A stretch of 64,000 nucleotides of DNA from an uncultured Gemmatimonadales bacterium (GTDB lineage Bacteria > Gemmatimonadota > Gemmatimonadetes > Longimicrobiales > RSA9), in the NCBI GenBank assembly GCA_963708135.1, contig OY970192.1, forward strand, positions 4,640,001 to 4,704,000, in the 5' to 3' direction. The position numbers and the translations under genes were made by a program. How positions within the stretch are numbered: position 1 is the stretch's first letter; every line of letters starts with the position of its first letter. Shown here piece by piece: positions 9,631-18,805 of the stretch. The notes beneath the pieces were generated by a model that did not search any database, had not been told where the DNA came from, and saw nothing but the letters and a program-made list of their open reading frames with translations.

Positions 9631-10605
9631 TCAGGGCAGGGTGCCGCCTGCCGGCACGAGGCCGGCAAGGGCCAGCTCGGGGGTGGGTCCGTCTTTGAGG
9701 AGGAGGAGCGAGTAGCTCGCGTCCTGAGCCTCGATCTCGATGAGGTCGGCCCAGATGCCGGGGCGGACGGTGACGCGTCGTGCGGGGTCGAGGACGAGGC
9801 GGCGGGCGCGGAAGCGGGCGTGGTAGAGGAAGACGGGAGTGTCGCCCGCGAGGGTGAGCCAGCCGTTTCGGAAGGCGCCGATGCCGCGCCCGCGGCGCAT
9901 GGTGGCGCGGGCGAGGCGGGGGGTGGTGACGCCGAAGGTCTCGAAGTCGAGGAGAGCGCGCAGATCGCGTGGCAGCTCGTCGGGGCCGTGCCAGCCGGAC
10001 TCGCCGACGAGGCGGCGCACGCGCGCGCGCAGAGCCCGCAGCCCGTAGATGCAGGCGCGCCAGAGGCGCGGCCCGAAGAGCACGGCAAGGGCGAGGGTGG
10101 AGCCGGCCAGGGCGAGGGCGAAGGGAGCGTAGCGCAGCGCGACGATGGCGAGGCCGATCGCGACGATGTCCTCGAGGATGCTGAGCGTGGTGCTGACGAG
10201 CACGCTGGGGGTGGCGCTGAGGAGGCGGAGCCCGGCCTTGGTGCCGTGGGCGACGAGCGCGACGCCACCGGCGAGGAGCGCGCCGAGGATGCGGATCTCG
10301 AGGGGCATGGATGCGAGGGCGGCGACGGCGAGCAGCACGGCGGCGGTCGGACGGATGAAGGTATGGAGCGCGTCCCAGAGCGAGTCGATGTAGGGGAGCT
10401 TGTCCACGACGAACTCGACGATATAGAGCCCGGCCGCGCTGCCGATGATGAGGATGTTCTGGAGGCCCTGGAGCTCGACGGGGAGGGTGAACCAGCCGAG
10501 GTGCGCGGCGAGGCCGAGGAGCGCCACGGTGGCGTAGAGGTTGAGGCCGGCGGCGAAGGAGATGCCGAGGAGCTGGCCCAGCAGGACGAGGGAGGTGGCG
10601 GACAT
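9631..10605 (-). CDS. DUF4126 family membrane protein with C-terminal soluble domain
   Basis: SFAAGLNLYA, EFVVDKLPYIDSLWDALHTFIRP, STTLSILED. Confidence 0.88.
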   Translation of the reverse strand: MSATSLVLLGQLLGISFAAGLNLYATVALLGLAAHLGWFTLPVELQGLQNILIIGSAAGLYIVEFVVDKLPYIDSLWDALHTFIRPTAAVLLAVAALASMPLEIRILGALLAGGVALVAHGTKAGLRLLSATPSVLVSTTLSILEDIVAIGLAIVALRYAPFALALAGSTLALAVLFGPRLWRACIYGLRALRARVRRLVGESGWHGPDELPRDLRALLDFETFGVTTPRLARATMRRGRGIGAFRNGWLTLAGDTPVFLYHARFRARRLVLDPARRVTVRPGIWADLIEIEAQDASYSLLLLKDGPTPELALAGLVPAGGTLP

Positions 10606-10658
10606 GCTCGTGCGCGGGTGGCGGAGGCCGCCTCGGCGGCCGAGTTACGGAAGCACCG

Positions 10659-10688
10659 AAACTAGTTGAACGGGCGGTACTTACGCAA
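10659..10688 (-). promoter_or_regulatory. sigma-70-type promoter of DUF4126 gene
   Basis: TTGCGT-18-TAGTTT on minus strand. Confidence 0.5.
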
Positions 10689-10689
10689 G

Positions 10690-11979
10690 CTATGGCGTGG
10701 GTCGGGCGAGCACGAGCGCGGCGTTGATGCCGCCGAAGCCGAAGGAGTTGGAGAGGCAGACGTCGAGGCGGCCGTCGCGGCCGTGGCAGGGGACGTAATC
10801 GAGGTCGCACTCGGGATCGGGGGTCTCGAAGTTGACGGTGGGAGGTACCCAGCAGTGCTGCATGGCGAGGCAGCAGAGGGCGGCCTCGATGGCGCCGGAC
10901 GCGCCGAGGGCGTGGGCGTAATAGGGCTTGGTCCCGCTGACGGGGATGTGATAGGCGTGCTCGCCGAGCACCTTGCGGATGGCGGTGGTCTCGGTGCTGT
11001 CGTTCAGGGGGGTGGAGGAGGCGTGGGCGTTGACGTAGTCCACCTGCTCCGGCCGGATCCCGGCGTTGTCCAGGGCGATGGCCATGGCGCGTGCGGCCTG
11101 GGTGGCATCGGGACGGGGGGCGGCCAGGTGGTAGGCGTCGTTGGTGGTGCCGTAGCCGAGGACCTCGCCGTAGATGCGGGCGCCGCGGGCCAGGGCGTGC
11201 TCGAGGCGCTCGAGCACGAGGGTGGCGGCGCCCTCGCCCATGACGAATCCATCCCGCTCGCGGTCGAAGGGGCGGCAGGCGCGCGTGGGGTCTTCGTTAC
11301 GGGAGCTCATCGCGCGGATGAGGGCGAAGGCGCCGAAGCAAAGGGGCGCGAGCGGCGTCTCCACGCCGCCGGTCAGGGCGACGTCGGCGGCGCCGTCGCG
11401 GATGAGGCGCCAGGCCTCACCAATGGCAATGGTCCCGGCGGCGCAGGACATGGCATTGGTGGCGTTGGGTCCGCAGAAGCCGAACTCAATGGCGATGATG
11501 CAGCTGGCGGCGCCGCAGAAGGTGGTCAGAGCGACGCGGGGGTCCACGGCGCGGGGCCCGTGGTTGTGAAGGGCGGAGAGTTGGGTCTCGGCGTTGGCGA
11601 GGCCGCCGAGAGCGGAGCCCATCTGGACGGCGACGCGGTCGGGCTCGAGTGTGGCGGGGTCGAGGCGCGCGTCGTCCAGGGCGAGGCGGGCGCTGGCGAG
11701 GGCGAACTGCGTGAAGCGGTCGAGCCGGCGCGCGGTGCGGGCGTCCATGTACCGATCGGGCTCGAAGTCATCGACCTGGGCGGCGATCCGGGTGCGCCAG
11801 GGCTCGGGATCGAAGCGGTCGAGGCGCCGGATCGGGGAACGCTCGGCGCGGACGCCCTCCCAGAGCCGCGCCGCCCCGATGCCGGACGCCGTGATCGGTC
11901 CGAGTCCGGTGATGACCACGCGCGGCCGGGGCTCTCCGCCGCGCGCACGATGGTTGCCGTTCGATGTCTCCGGTCTCAT
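10690..11979 (-). CDS. beta-ketoacyl-ACP synthase (FabF/type II KS family)
   Basis: RVVITGLG, Cys-His-His triad (MSCAAG, NAHASST, TKPYYAHALGA), RPFDRERDGFVMGEG, SNSFGFGG. Confidence 0.93.
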   Translation of the reverse strand: MRPETSNGNHRARGGEPRPRVVITGLGPITASGIGAARLWEGVRAERSPIRRLDRFDPEPWRTRIAAQVDDFEPDRYMDARTARRLDRFTQFALASARLALDDARLDPATLEPDRVAVQMGSALGGLANAETQLSALHNHGPRAVDPRVALTTFCGAASCIIAIEFGFCGPNATNAMSCAAGTIAIGEAWRLIRDGAADVALTGGVETPLAPLCFGAFALIRAMSSRNEDPTRACRPFDRERDGFVMGEGAATLVLERLEHALARGARIYGEVLGYGTTNDAYHLAAPRPDATQAARAMAIALDNAGIRPEQVDYVNAHASSTPLNDSTETTAIRKVLGEHAYHIPVSGTKPYYAHALGASGAIEAALCCLAMQHCWVPPTVNFETPDPECDLDYVPCHGRDGRLDVCLSNSFGFGGINAALVLARPTP

Positions 11980-12482
11980 GAACCTCCTCCGATGGACGGC
12001 TCCGCCTGCGCGGCCAGGCCGGAGGCGCGTTCCGCCTCGGCGGCCACGCCGGCGAGCGTCCGGCGCGCGATGGCGCTGATGAACGAGGGGCCGATCACCC
12101 GGTCCGCGGCGATGCGGCCGACGAGCGGCCAGGCGGGGCCGCCCCAGGCGTGGATGACGCTGATCCGGGTGGCGCCGGCCGCGGGCTCGAACGCCCAGAC
12201 CACGTCCATGCCGCGCGTGATCCCTTCGATGTGCCGGTAGCGGATCCGCGACGCTTCCGGCTCGGCCCACATCTCGGAGACCCACCAGGTCGGGTAGCGG
12301 AGTGGTCCACCAAAATCACGCCACGCGGCCATCTCGACCCGCCCACGGCCGAAGCCGTCACGGCGCCGGAACCGCACGTGCCGGTAATGGGGCAGGATGC
12401 GCGGCCAGCGCTCGACGTCGGCGGCGGCGCGGAAGCATGCATCGAGATCCGCCCGCGCGACGTGCTCATCCACCGTCCTCAC
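11976..12482 (-). CDS. SRPBCC/START polyketide cyclase-like protein
   Basis: AADVERWPRILPHY, W.SEM, GMDVVW.F; GTG start overlaps upstream TGA. Confidence 0.8.
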   Translation of the reverse strand: MRTVDEHVARADLDACFRAAADVERWPRILPHYRHVRFRRRDGFGRGRVEMAAWRDFGGPLRYPTWWVSEMWAEPEASRIRYRHIEGITRGMDVVWAFEPAAGATRISVIHAWGGPAWPLVGRIAADRVIGPSFISAIARRTLAGVAAEAERASGLAAQAEPSIGGGS

Positions 12483-13786
12483 GTTCCCACCTCCGTCGCG
12501 CGGTTGGGAAAGAGCAAAGTGTGTAGGGCGGCCGGCGCGAGCAAGTGCGCTGGCCGCAGGAGCCCGCCGGTCGCGGCGAGCAACCGATCCGCCGCGGCGG
12601 GGGCGCGGGCCAGGCGGCCGATCCACCAGTCGGCCGCCGCCGGACGGGACACGATCCGATCGATGCCACGCTGCAGCAGGCGCGGCCCGAGCAGGCGTCG
12701 GGCCCGCCGGCGGGCGTACCGTAGCACCGCGGAATCCAGTCCGGCGTCGGTGCCGGGGAGGCCATCGAGGAGCGAGTCCGCGAGCAGCGCCGCGGTCTCC
12801 ATGGCCTGGTGGATCCCCTGTCCGGTGAAGGGATCGAAGTAGCCGGCGGCATCGCCGACGAGCGCCGCTCCGGGAGCGGCCGCCGTGCGGACGGGGCGGT
12901 CGAAGGGGCCCGATGCGAGCGGCTCGGCGTGCGGCCCCGCGGGGGTCGCTCGATCGAGGCGCCCCGAGAGGGCGGGAAAGCACGGCAACATGCGGGCCTG
13001 AAAGGCGACGACGCCGCGCCGCACCGCCTCGCCGTAGCGTGCCGCATCGACGACGAGGGTCACATTGCACACCTGTTCGCCTCCGTCGGCGGTCACGGGA
13101 GCGAGCCCGAGACAGGCGCCTTCGGCGAGGTGCATCTCCCCCAGCTCGCCGAGGTCCTGGACACCGCGGAGGTGCCGGGTGAGCGAGAGCTTCCGGATCG
13201 GACCGGGAGGCGCGGCGAGCCCCAGGCGCCGCGCGACGATCGAGCGCAGGCCGTCGGCGCCGACCACGATACGCGACCGCAGGGAGACGCGCTCGCCGGC
13301 GGCCGAGACCGCGCGCACGCCGGCCACCCGGCCGTCGGTCCGCAGCAGGTCGCCCACCCTGATGCCGGTGCGGAGCCGGGCGCCCGCTTCGACCGCGGCC
13401 TGGAGCATGGCGGCATCGAGGACCTCGCGCGGCACGGCGAGGGCGTGGTCGGCGTACGGCTCGGTGGCCGTGCCGGCGAAGCGGGCCTCGAAGGCGGCGC
13501 CGCCCGGCGCGTGAAGGCGCCAGCCGGCGAGGCGGGCCGGCGACGTCGCATGGATGCGGTCGAGCAGCCCGAGGCGGCGGAGGAGCGGACCCGCGCCCGG
13601 GCTCACGCAGTCGCCGCAGGGCTTCGGTCGCGGGAAGGCGAGCCGCTCGAGAAGCAGGACGTCGCGGCCGGCGCGCGCGAGGAGGAGCGCCGTGACGGCG
13701 CCGGCCGGTCCCGCCCCGACGACGATGACCTCGGCGTCCCCGCGCGCGGCGGCGGGCTCAGTGGCCGGCGGGCGCGAAGCGGGCAT
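12479..13786 (-). CDS. FAD-dependent oxidoreductase (geranylgeranyl reductase/monooxygenase family)
   Basis: VVGAGPAG, FPRPKPCG, VGADG, LVGDAAGYFDPFTGQGI. Confidence 0.9.
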   Translation of the reverse strand: MPASRPPATEPAAARGDAEVIVVGAGPAGAVTALLLARAGRDVLLLERLAFPRPKPCGDCVSPGAGPLLRRLGLLDRIHATSPARLAGWRLHAPGGAAFEARFAGTATEPYADHALAVPREVLDAAMLQAAVEAGARLRTGIRVGDLLRTDGRVAGVRAVSAAGERVSLRSRIVVGADGLRSIVARRLGLAAPPGPIRKLSLTRHLRGVQDLGELGEMHLAEGACLGLAPVTADGGEQVCNVTLVVDAARYGEAVRRGVVAFQARMLPCFPALSGRLDRATPAGPHAEPLASGPFDRPVRTAAAPGAALVGDAAGYFDPFTGQGIHQAMETAALLADSLLDGLPGTDAGLDSAVLRYARRRARRLLGPRLLQRGIDRIVSRPAAADWWIGRLARAPAAADRLLAATGGLLRPAHLLAPAALHTLLFPNRATEVGT

Positions 13787-14513
13787 CGAAGAAGAGGGCG
13801 AAGGCGTCGCCGACGTGGGTGACGAGCAGGCGCGTGGGCGGCTTCATCCCGAACTCGGTGAAGCGCACGGGGATGGCGCCGACGACGCGCAGGGTGTCGC
13901 CGGCCAGGCGGGCGGCGGCGGGCACCTCCACGGTGCGGGTGCGGTCGCGGATGGTCAGCCGGGCGTGAAGCAGGACGGGCTCGCCGCCGGGCAGCGGCGG
14001 GACCGTGGCCGTATCAGAGGCGGCGGCGCCATGGGGCGAGGCCTGCGGCGGGTGCGGCGCCACGGAATCGACCACGAGGGTTACGAAGGGGAATCGGTCC
14101 GCGTCCAGCGTCTCGCGCAGGTGGTGGTCGCGCAGGCCGATACCGGTCCGGATGTCGCGGACGAGCACCTCGACGCGGCCCTTCCCGCCGATGAAGCGAC
14201 CGTCCGGCCCCAGCCATGCCCAGCCGTTGGCGCCGTGCGCCTCCCCGGAGAAGCCGCCCAGCGTGGAGTGCGCCTCGAACCAGAGACGCGAGACGGCGGG
14301 GACGAGATCGAACCGAGAGGGACCGGGCGTCGCGCTGCGAGAGTCCTGCGCCGCCAGCGGGAAGGCGGCGAAAGCGAACCCGGCCGCCCATCCGGCGCCG
14401 CGGAGCGCGTGGCGGAAGCACGCCAGGGCGGCGGCGGCACGCCGAAGCGGGCCGCTCCGGCGGCGCCGGAGGGCGGCCGGCGTGGCCTCGGATCCGCTTC
14501 GGGTCTTCCGCAT
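13758..14513 (-). CDS. YceI-like lipid/polyisoprenoid-binding protein, secreted
   Basis: Signal-like segment; IRTGIGLRDHHLRETLDADRFP, LTIRDRTR, FTEFGMKPP. Confidence 0.85.
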   Translation of the reverse strand: MRKTRSGSEATPAALRRRRSGPLRRAAAALACFRHALRGAGWAAGFAFAAFPLAAQDSRSATPGPSRFDLVPAVSRLWFEAHSTLGGFSGEAHGANGWAWLGPDGRFIGGKGRVEVLVRDIRTGIGLRDHHLRETLDADRFPFVTLVVDSVAPHPPQASPHGAAASDTATVPPLPGGEPVLLHARLTIRDRTRTVEVPAAARLAGDTLRVVGAIPVRFTEFGMKPPTRLLVTHVGDAFALFFDARFAPAGH

Positions 14514-14679
14514 GGTCCTCGGTCGGTTCGTGCAGGCGCGGGCAGGGGACGGCCGTGCTAACACGGCACGCGCCCGCCCCGGTTCCATCCGCGGGGGGCG
14601 GCGCGCTGCCGGGAGGCGCGCCATGCACCATGCGTTCCGGGCCCCGCGGCGCGGGGCGCGGCCCGGGACCGGCGGCCGC

Positions 14680-15423
14680 TCAGCGAGGCGGGGGCGGTGT
14701 GCCGGGAACGCGCGACTCCAGGAGCAGGCGCTGATAGAAGTGGCGCCGCACGCGAGGCTCCGGCAGGCCTGCCAGACGGGCGGCGTCCAGGAGCTCCGGC
14801 GGCGTGAAGGCCCGCAGCACGGAGAGAGGCGCATCGTGGCGCGTGAGGGGGTTGGCGCGCCAGAGGGTGGCGGCGAGCAGCCGGGCGCCCAGGTAGTTCG
14901 GCCAGCTCCGCTCGAGCTCGCTCACGAGGACGGCCCGGCGCGAGACGCGCCGCATCTCGCGCAGCACGCGGAGCTGGTCCGCCTCGCCGAAGTGGTGCAG
15001 CGCGAGCACGTGGATGGCGACGTCGAAGGCCCCGTCCCCGAAGGGCAGCGCGCGGGCGTCGGCCGCGGCCACCTCGATGGAGGGAGCGGCCGCGGTGCGT
15101 CGGTGGGCGAGCGCCAGGGCGCGGGGATGGATGTCGGCCGCGACGATACGGAGCGAGCGTCCGTGGCGCCGCGCCCAGCCGGCGATGCGCAGCGGCAGCT
15201 CGGCCGAGCCGGTGCCGACGTCGAGGATCCGGGCGGGCGCCTCGGCGGGCAGGAGGCGCGCGAGGGCGCGGAGCAGGGCCCCCTCGCCGCCGAGCCAGCG
15301 GTTGACGGCGGCGACCTGGCCGAGGCTCTCCTCGTAGACGGCGGGGTCCTCCACGGGCGCGTCCAGGAGCTCGGCCGCGTCCCGGGCGCGTGCGGGGCGC
15401 CGGAGCATGCGCGCGGGCGTCAC
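14680..15423 (-). CDS. class I SAM-dependent methyltransferase
   Basis: ELLD...VNRWLGG, ILDVGTGS, LPFGDGAFD, LHHF, TRHDAPLSVLRAFT. Confidence 0.9.
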   Translation of the reverse strand: MTPARMLRRPARARDAAELLDAPVEDPAVYEESLGQVAAVNRWLGGEGALLRALARLLPAEAPARILDVGTGSAELPLRIAGWARRHGRSLRIVAADIHPRALALAHRRTAAAPSIEVAAADARALPFGDGAFDVAIHVLALHHFGEADQLRVLREMRRVSRRAVLVSELERSWPNYLGARLLAATLWRANPLTRHDAPLSVLRAFTPPELLDAARLAGLPEPRVRRHFYQRLLLESRVPGTPPPPR

Positions 15424-16814
15424 CCGACGCCCGCCAGGCGGCCGAGAACGGAGTCGCGCGCGCTGCGCAGGCGCACCGCCATCTCCTCGATGCGCGGGCG
15501 GAGCGCCTCCGGCTCGAGGGTCGTATGGCGCCCGTCGCGGTAGAGCACCCGTCCGGCGACGGCGGCGAGCACGACGTCGCTCCCGCGGGCGGCATGGAGC
15601 ACGGCGGCGGCGGGATCGTTCACCGGAATCACGTGCGCGCCGGCGAGCGAGACGGCGCAGAGGTCCGCCTCCTTGCCCGGCTCGAGGGAGCCGATCCGAT
15701 CCGCGAGCCCGAGGGCACGGGCCCCCTCGAGCGTGGCGTGGCGGAGCAGCGTATCGGCGGGAAGCGCCGTGGCGTCGGCGCGACGGGCGCGCTGCACGGC
15801 CTGGGCGATGTGCGTCTCCTCCAGCACGTCGAGGCGGTTGTTGCTGGCCACGGAATCGGTACCGATGCCGACCGTGATGCCGGCCTCCAGCATCTCGAGG
15901 ACGGGCGCGATGCCGTGGCCGAGGCGGGCGTTGGCGATCGGGCAGTGGGCCACGGCGGCGCCGGCGTCGGCCACGAGCCGGATGTCCGCGGCGTCAACGC
16001 GGACGCAGTGGATGAGGAGCGGCCGGGCCGCGAGCACGCCGGTCCGCTCGAGCAGGGCGATGGTCGAGCGCGCGCGCGGCTCGACGGTGATGCCGCGGCG
16101 GGCGAGCGCCCCGGCGAAGGGGCCGGCGCCGTCGCGGACGAGGAGCGTCTCGGCTTCGGCCTCGGCGGCGTGGACGGCGATTGGCAGCGCCTGCTCCCGC
16201 GCCATATCGGCCGCGCCGCGGAAGAGCGCGTCGGACACCGTATAGGGCGCATGCGGCGAGATGCCGACGCGCACGAGCGGACCGGCGCGCCCGCGCAGCT
16301 CGGCTACGGCCGCGCCAAGCTCCGCCAGCGCGTCGGCGGCCTGGGCCGGAGCAGGCCCGAAGACCTCGCGGTAGACGACGCCGCGCACGCCGGCGCCGGT
16401 GAACGCGTCCACCGCGGCGCCGGAGGACTCCGTGGCGCCGAGGGTGGTGATACCGGCGGCGATGGCCTCGACGCAGGTCCAGGCGGCGGCGGTGGTGGCA
16501 TCGCCGGCGTCCAGCCCCGCCTCGAGCCTCGAGCCGTGGAGCGTCGGGATCCAGAGGTGGAACGGCAGGTCGTCCAGCAGGCCGCGGAACGCCGCCAGCT
16601 CGGGGTGGGCGTGCACGTCCACGAGCCCGGGGAGCAGCGCGGCGGCCCCGAGGTCGATGCGCGCCGCTGCCTCCGGCGCGCGGGCGGCCTCGGCCGGCCC
16701 GACCGCGGCAATGTGGCCCGCGCCATCGACGAGCACCGCACCGCGGCGGATCGGCGGCGCGGCGACCGGGAGCACCCAGTCCGCGGTGTAGAGGGTCGGG
16801 CGGAGGGCGGCCAT
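15420..16814 (-). CDS. metal-dependent amidohydrolase (MTA/SAH or aminofutalosine deaminase-like)
   Basis: PGLVDVHAH, SPHAPYTV, HAAE, HCV, HCPIANARL, GTDSVASN. Confidence 0.88.
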   Translation of the reverse strand: MAALRPTLYTADWVLPVAAPPIRRGAVLVDGAGHIAAVGPAEAARAPEAAARIDLGAAALLPGLVDVHAHPELAAFRGLLDDLPFHLWIPTLHGSRLEAGLDAGDATTAAAWTCVEAIAAGITTLGATESSGAAVDAFTGAGVRGVVYREVFGPAPAQAADALAELGAAVAELRGRAGPLVRVGISPHAPYTVSDALFRGAADMAREQALPIAVHAAEAEAETLLVRDGAGPFAGALARRGITVEPRARSTIALLERTGVLAARPLLIHCVRVDAADIRLVADAGAAVAHCPIANARLGHGIAPVLEMLEAGITVGIGTDSVASNNRLDVLEETHIAQAVQRARRADATALPADTLLRHATLEGARALGLADRIGSLEPGKEADLCAVSLAGAHVIPVNDPAAAVLHAARGSDVVLAAVAGRVLYRDGRHTTLEPEALRPRIEEMAVRLRSARDSVLGRLAGVG

Positions 16815-16820
16815 CGAGCC

Positions 16821-18650
16821 TCAGCGGGGGAAGGTGAAGAGATCGCCGGAGACGCCGGCCTGGCGGGAGCGCAGGACCTGCGGGTTCTCGAAGCGGGTGC
16901 TCACGCCGAGGATCTCGCCGATGGAGAGGATCAGGCGGGCGCGCCGGATCCCCTCTCCGAGCGGGACCGCGATGTCGGCGCGGTAGGTGGTGCGGCTGCC
17001 GGCCGGGAACGCGGCGCGCAGGCCGGCGCCGATGGAGCCGCGCCAGCCGGAGTCGATGCCGAAGGGGGCGTCGCCGGGCCAGATGTGGCCGACATCGGCG
17101 AAGGCCGTGCCGCCGAGGTCGAAGACCTGGGGGAAGGGCCAGCCGAAGAAGATCCGGTCCTCGCCCGACAGGACGAGCCGGCGGCCGCCGGGGAAGCGGT
17201 CGGGCGCGAAGCCGCGCACGGCCTTGTCGCCGCCCAGCGTGAGCTGAAAGGGGGTAGTCGTGGCCCAGCCGCCGTCGGCGGCCACGCGCGCGACGAAGGT
17301 CTGGGTGGCCAGCGCGGGAGGTCGCCAGTACGCGAACGCCTCCCCCTCGCCGTACACATCCGCCCACTCCGTGGCCCCGGCCTCCGACCCAATGTTGCGT
17401 CGGCCCTCACCGCGCATGCGGGTGGCGAGGAGCACGTCGCCGACCTCGAAGGCGCCGTAGAGGTTGAAGCGGGCGTAGAGGTCGTTGTCCTGCCCGAATT
17501 GCGGAAGCGCGCGCGCGAGGGACAGGCTCACCTCGGCGCCGAGGCGGATGTCCTGCCGGCCCCGCAGCGCGTCGAGCGCGCGGCGCTGGACCCACCAGAT
17601 GTTGCGCTGCCCGAGGAGCAGCACGGCGCGCACGTTGTCGAGGGGACCGAGCTGCGGCAGCAGGCGGCCGACGGCCGCGGAGTCGGCGGGCGAGCGGTGG
17701 TCGTAGTCGCCATCCACCACGAGGTCGGCGCGGCCGTAGGAGCGCTCCTGGAAGCTGAGCCCGCCGCCGAAGAGGGTGAGGTTGCCGAGCCGCCCGAGGC
17801 GGCCGACCACGGCCAGGTCGAAGCTCTTGTCGCGGACGGGGAGCAGGACGTGGCGGTCGGTCGAGTCGTGCGCCTCGATGTAGTCGAAGAGGCGGTCCTC
17901 GCGGTCGAAGCTCTCGCGCGTGGCCCAGCGGCCATAGTCGCTGACGAACGGGTAGGCGAGCGTCTGCTGGACGAAGGTCCCCGCACGGGTGTGTCCCGCG
18001 CTCGCGCGCAGGTCCCAGCGCGTGGCGGCGAGCTGCGGCGTCTCGTAGGTGGCGCCGTAGTCGCGCGTCACGTCGTGCTCGATGTAGAAGGCGCTCACCG
18101 AGATGCCGCTGCCGATCAGGTTGGCCTCGCGGACGCGCGCGCCGTGGAGCTGGAGTCCGTTCTCGAGGGCCAGGCGCAGGTCGACCGTCGTGCTCCAGTC
18201 GTCGTTGGTGTCCACGATCACGTGGTACGTGCCGTCGGGCTGGAGGATGCCGTAGATGTCGGCCTGGGAGATGAAGTCGTAGCCGCGCAGGAGGCGGGCG
18301 GACTCCGCGAGCAGCACGGGATCGTAGCAGTCGCCTTCGTGAAAGAGGAGCTCGCGTCGGATGACGGGCTTTCGGGTGCGGCGGTGCAGCCGGTTCGCCC
18401 AGTGGTACGCCCAGGAGAAGCGGCTGCTCAGGGCCGGATCCGTGGTATCGAAGATGGAGTGGTTGTCGATGAAGATGTAGGAGATCGTACCGGTGGCGCA
18501 GGCGGCCGCATCGCCGGGGATCGGCCGGGTGGCGACGCGCGCGGTGTCCGCCTCGCGGCCGCCGTCGTGGACGGCCGTTCCGGGCACCTGCGCGCGCGCA
18601 ACTGTGGCGGTGACAAGGAGAACGACAATCCCCAGGGAGAGCCGGCGCAT
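16821..18650 (-). CDS. Omp85/BamA-TamA-like outer-membrane protein with one POTRA-like domain
   Basis: Signal peptide; HRRTRKPVIRRELLF.EGD...ESARLLR; LGGDKAVRGF loop motif. Confidence 0.8.
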   Translation of the reverse strand: MRRLSLGIVVLLVTATVARAQVPGTAVHDGGREADTARVATRPIPGDAAACATGTISYIFIDNHSIFDTTDPALSSRFSWAYHWANRLHRRTRKPVIRRELLFHEGDCYDPVLLAESARLLRGYDFISQADIYGILQPDGTYHVIVDTNDDWSTTVDLRLALENGLQLHGARVREANLIGSGISVSAFYIEHDVTRDYGATYETPQLAATRWDLRASAGHTRAGTFVQQTLAYPFVSDYGRWATRESFDREDRLFDYIEAHDSTDRHVLLPVRDKSFDLAVVGRLGRLGNLTLFGGGLSFQERSYGRADLVVDGDYDHRSPADSAAVGRLLPQLGPLDNVRAVLLLGQRNIWWVQRRALDALRGRQDIRLGAEVSLSLARALPQFGQDNDLYARFNLYGAFEVGDVLLATRMRGEGRRNIGSEAGATEWADVYGEGEAFAYWRPPALATQTFVARVAADGGWATTTPFQLTLGGDKAVRGFAPDRFPGGRRLVLSGEDRIFFGWPFPQVFDLGGTAFADVGHIWPGDAPFGIDSGWRGSIGAGLRAAFPAGSRTTYRADIAVPLGEGIRRARLILSIGEILGVSTRFENPQVLRSRQAGVSGDLFTFPR

Positions 18651-18718
18651 GGCGGAAGTTACACTGCCCCAAGCGCCGGGGTCCAGTGCGGCGGGCGCCC
18701 CCACAAGTCCGCGTCTGC

Positions 18719-18748
18719 TTGACACTTCGCGCGCGAGGTGGGTAACCT
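18719..18748 (+). promoter_or_regulatory. sigma-70-type promoter of maeB-pckA operon
   Basis: TTGACA-18-TAACCT. Confidence 0.65.
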
Positions 18749-18805
18749 AGCGGATTCGACTCACGCCGGCGCGCCGGAGCGCCGGCCCGCGCGAAATGGA
18801 GACGC

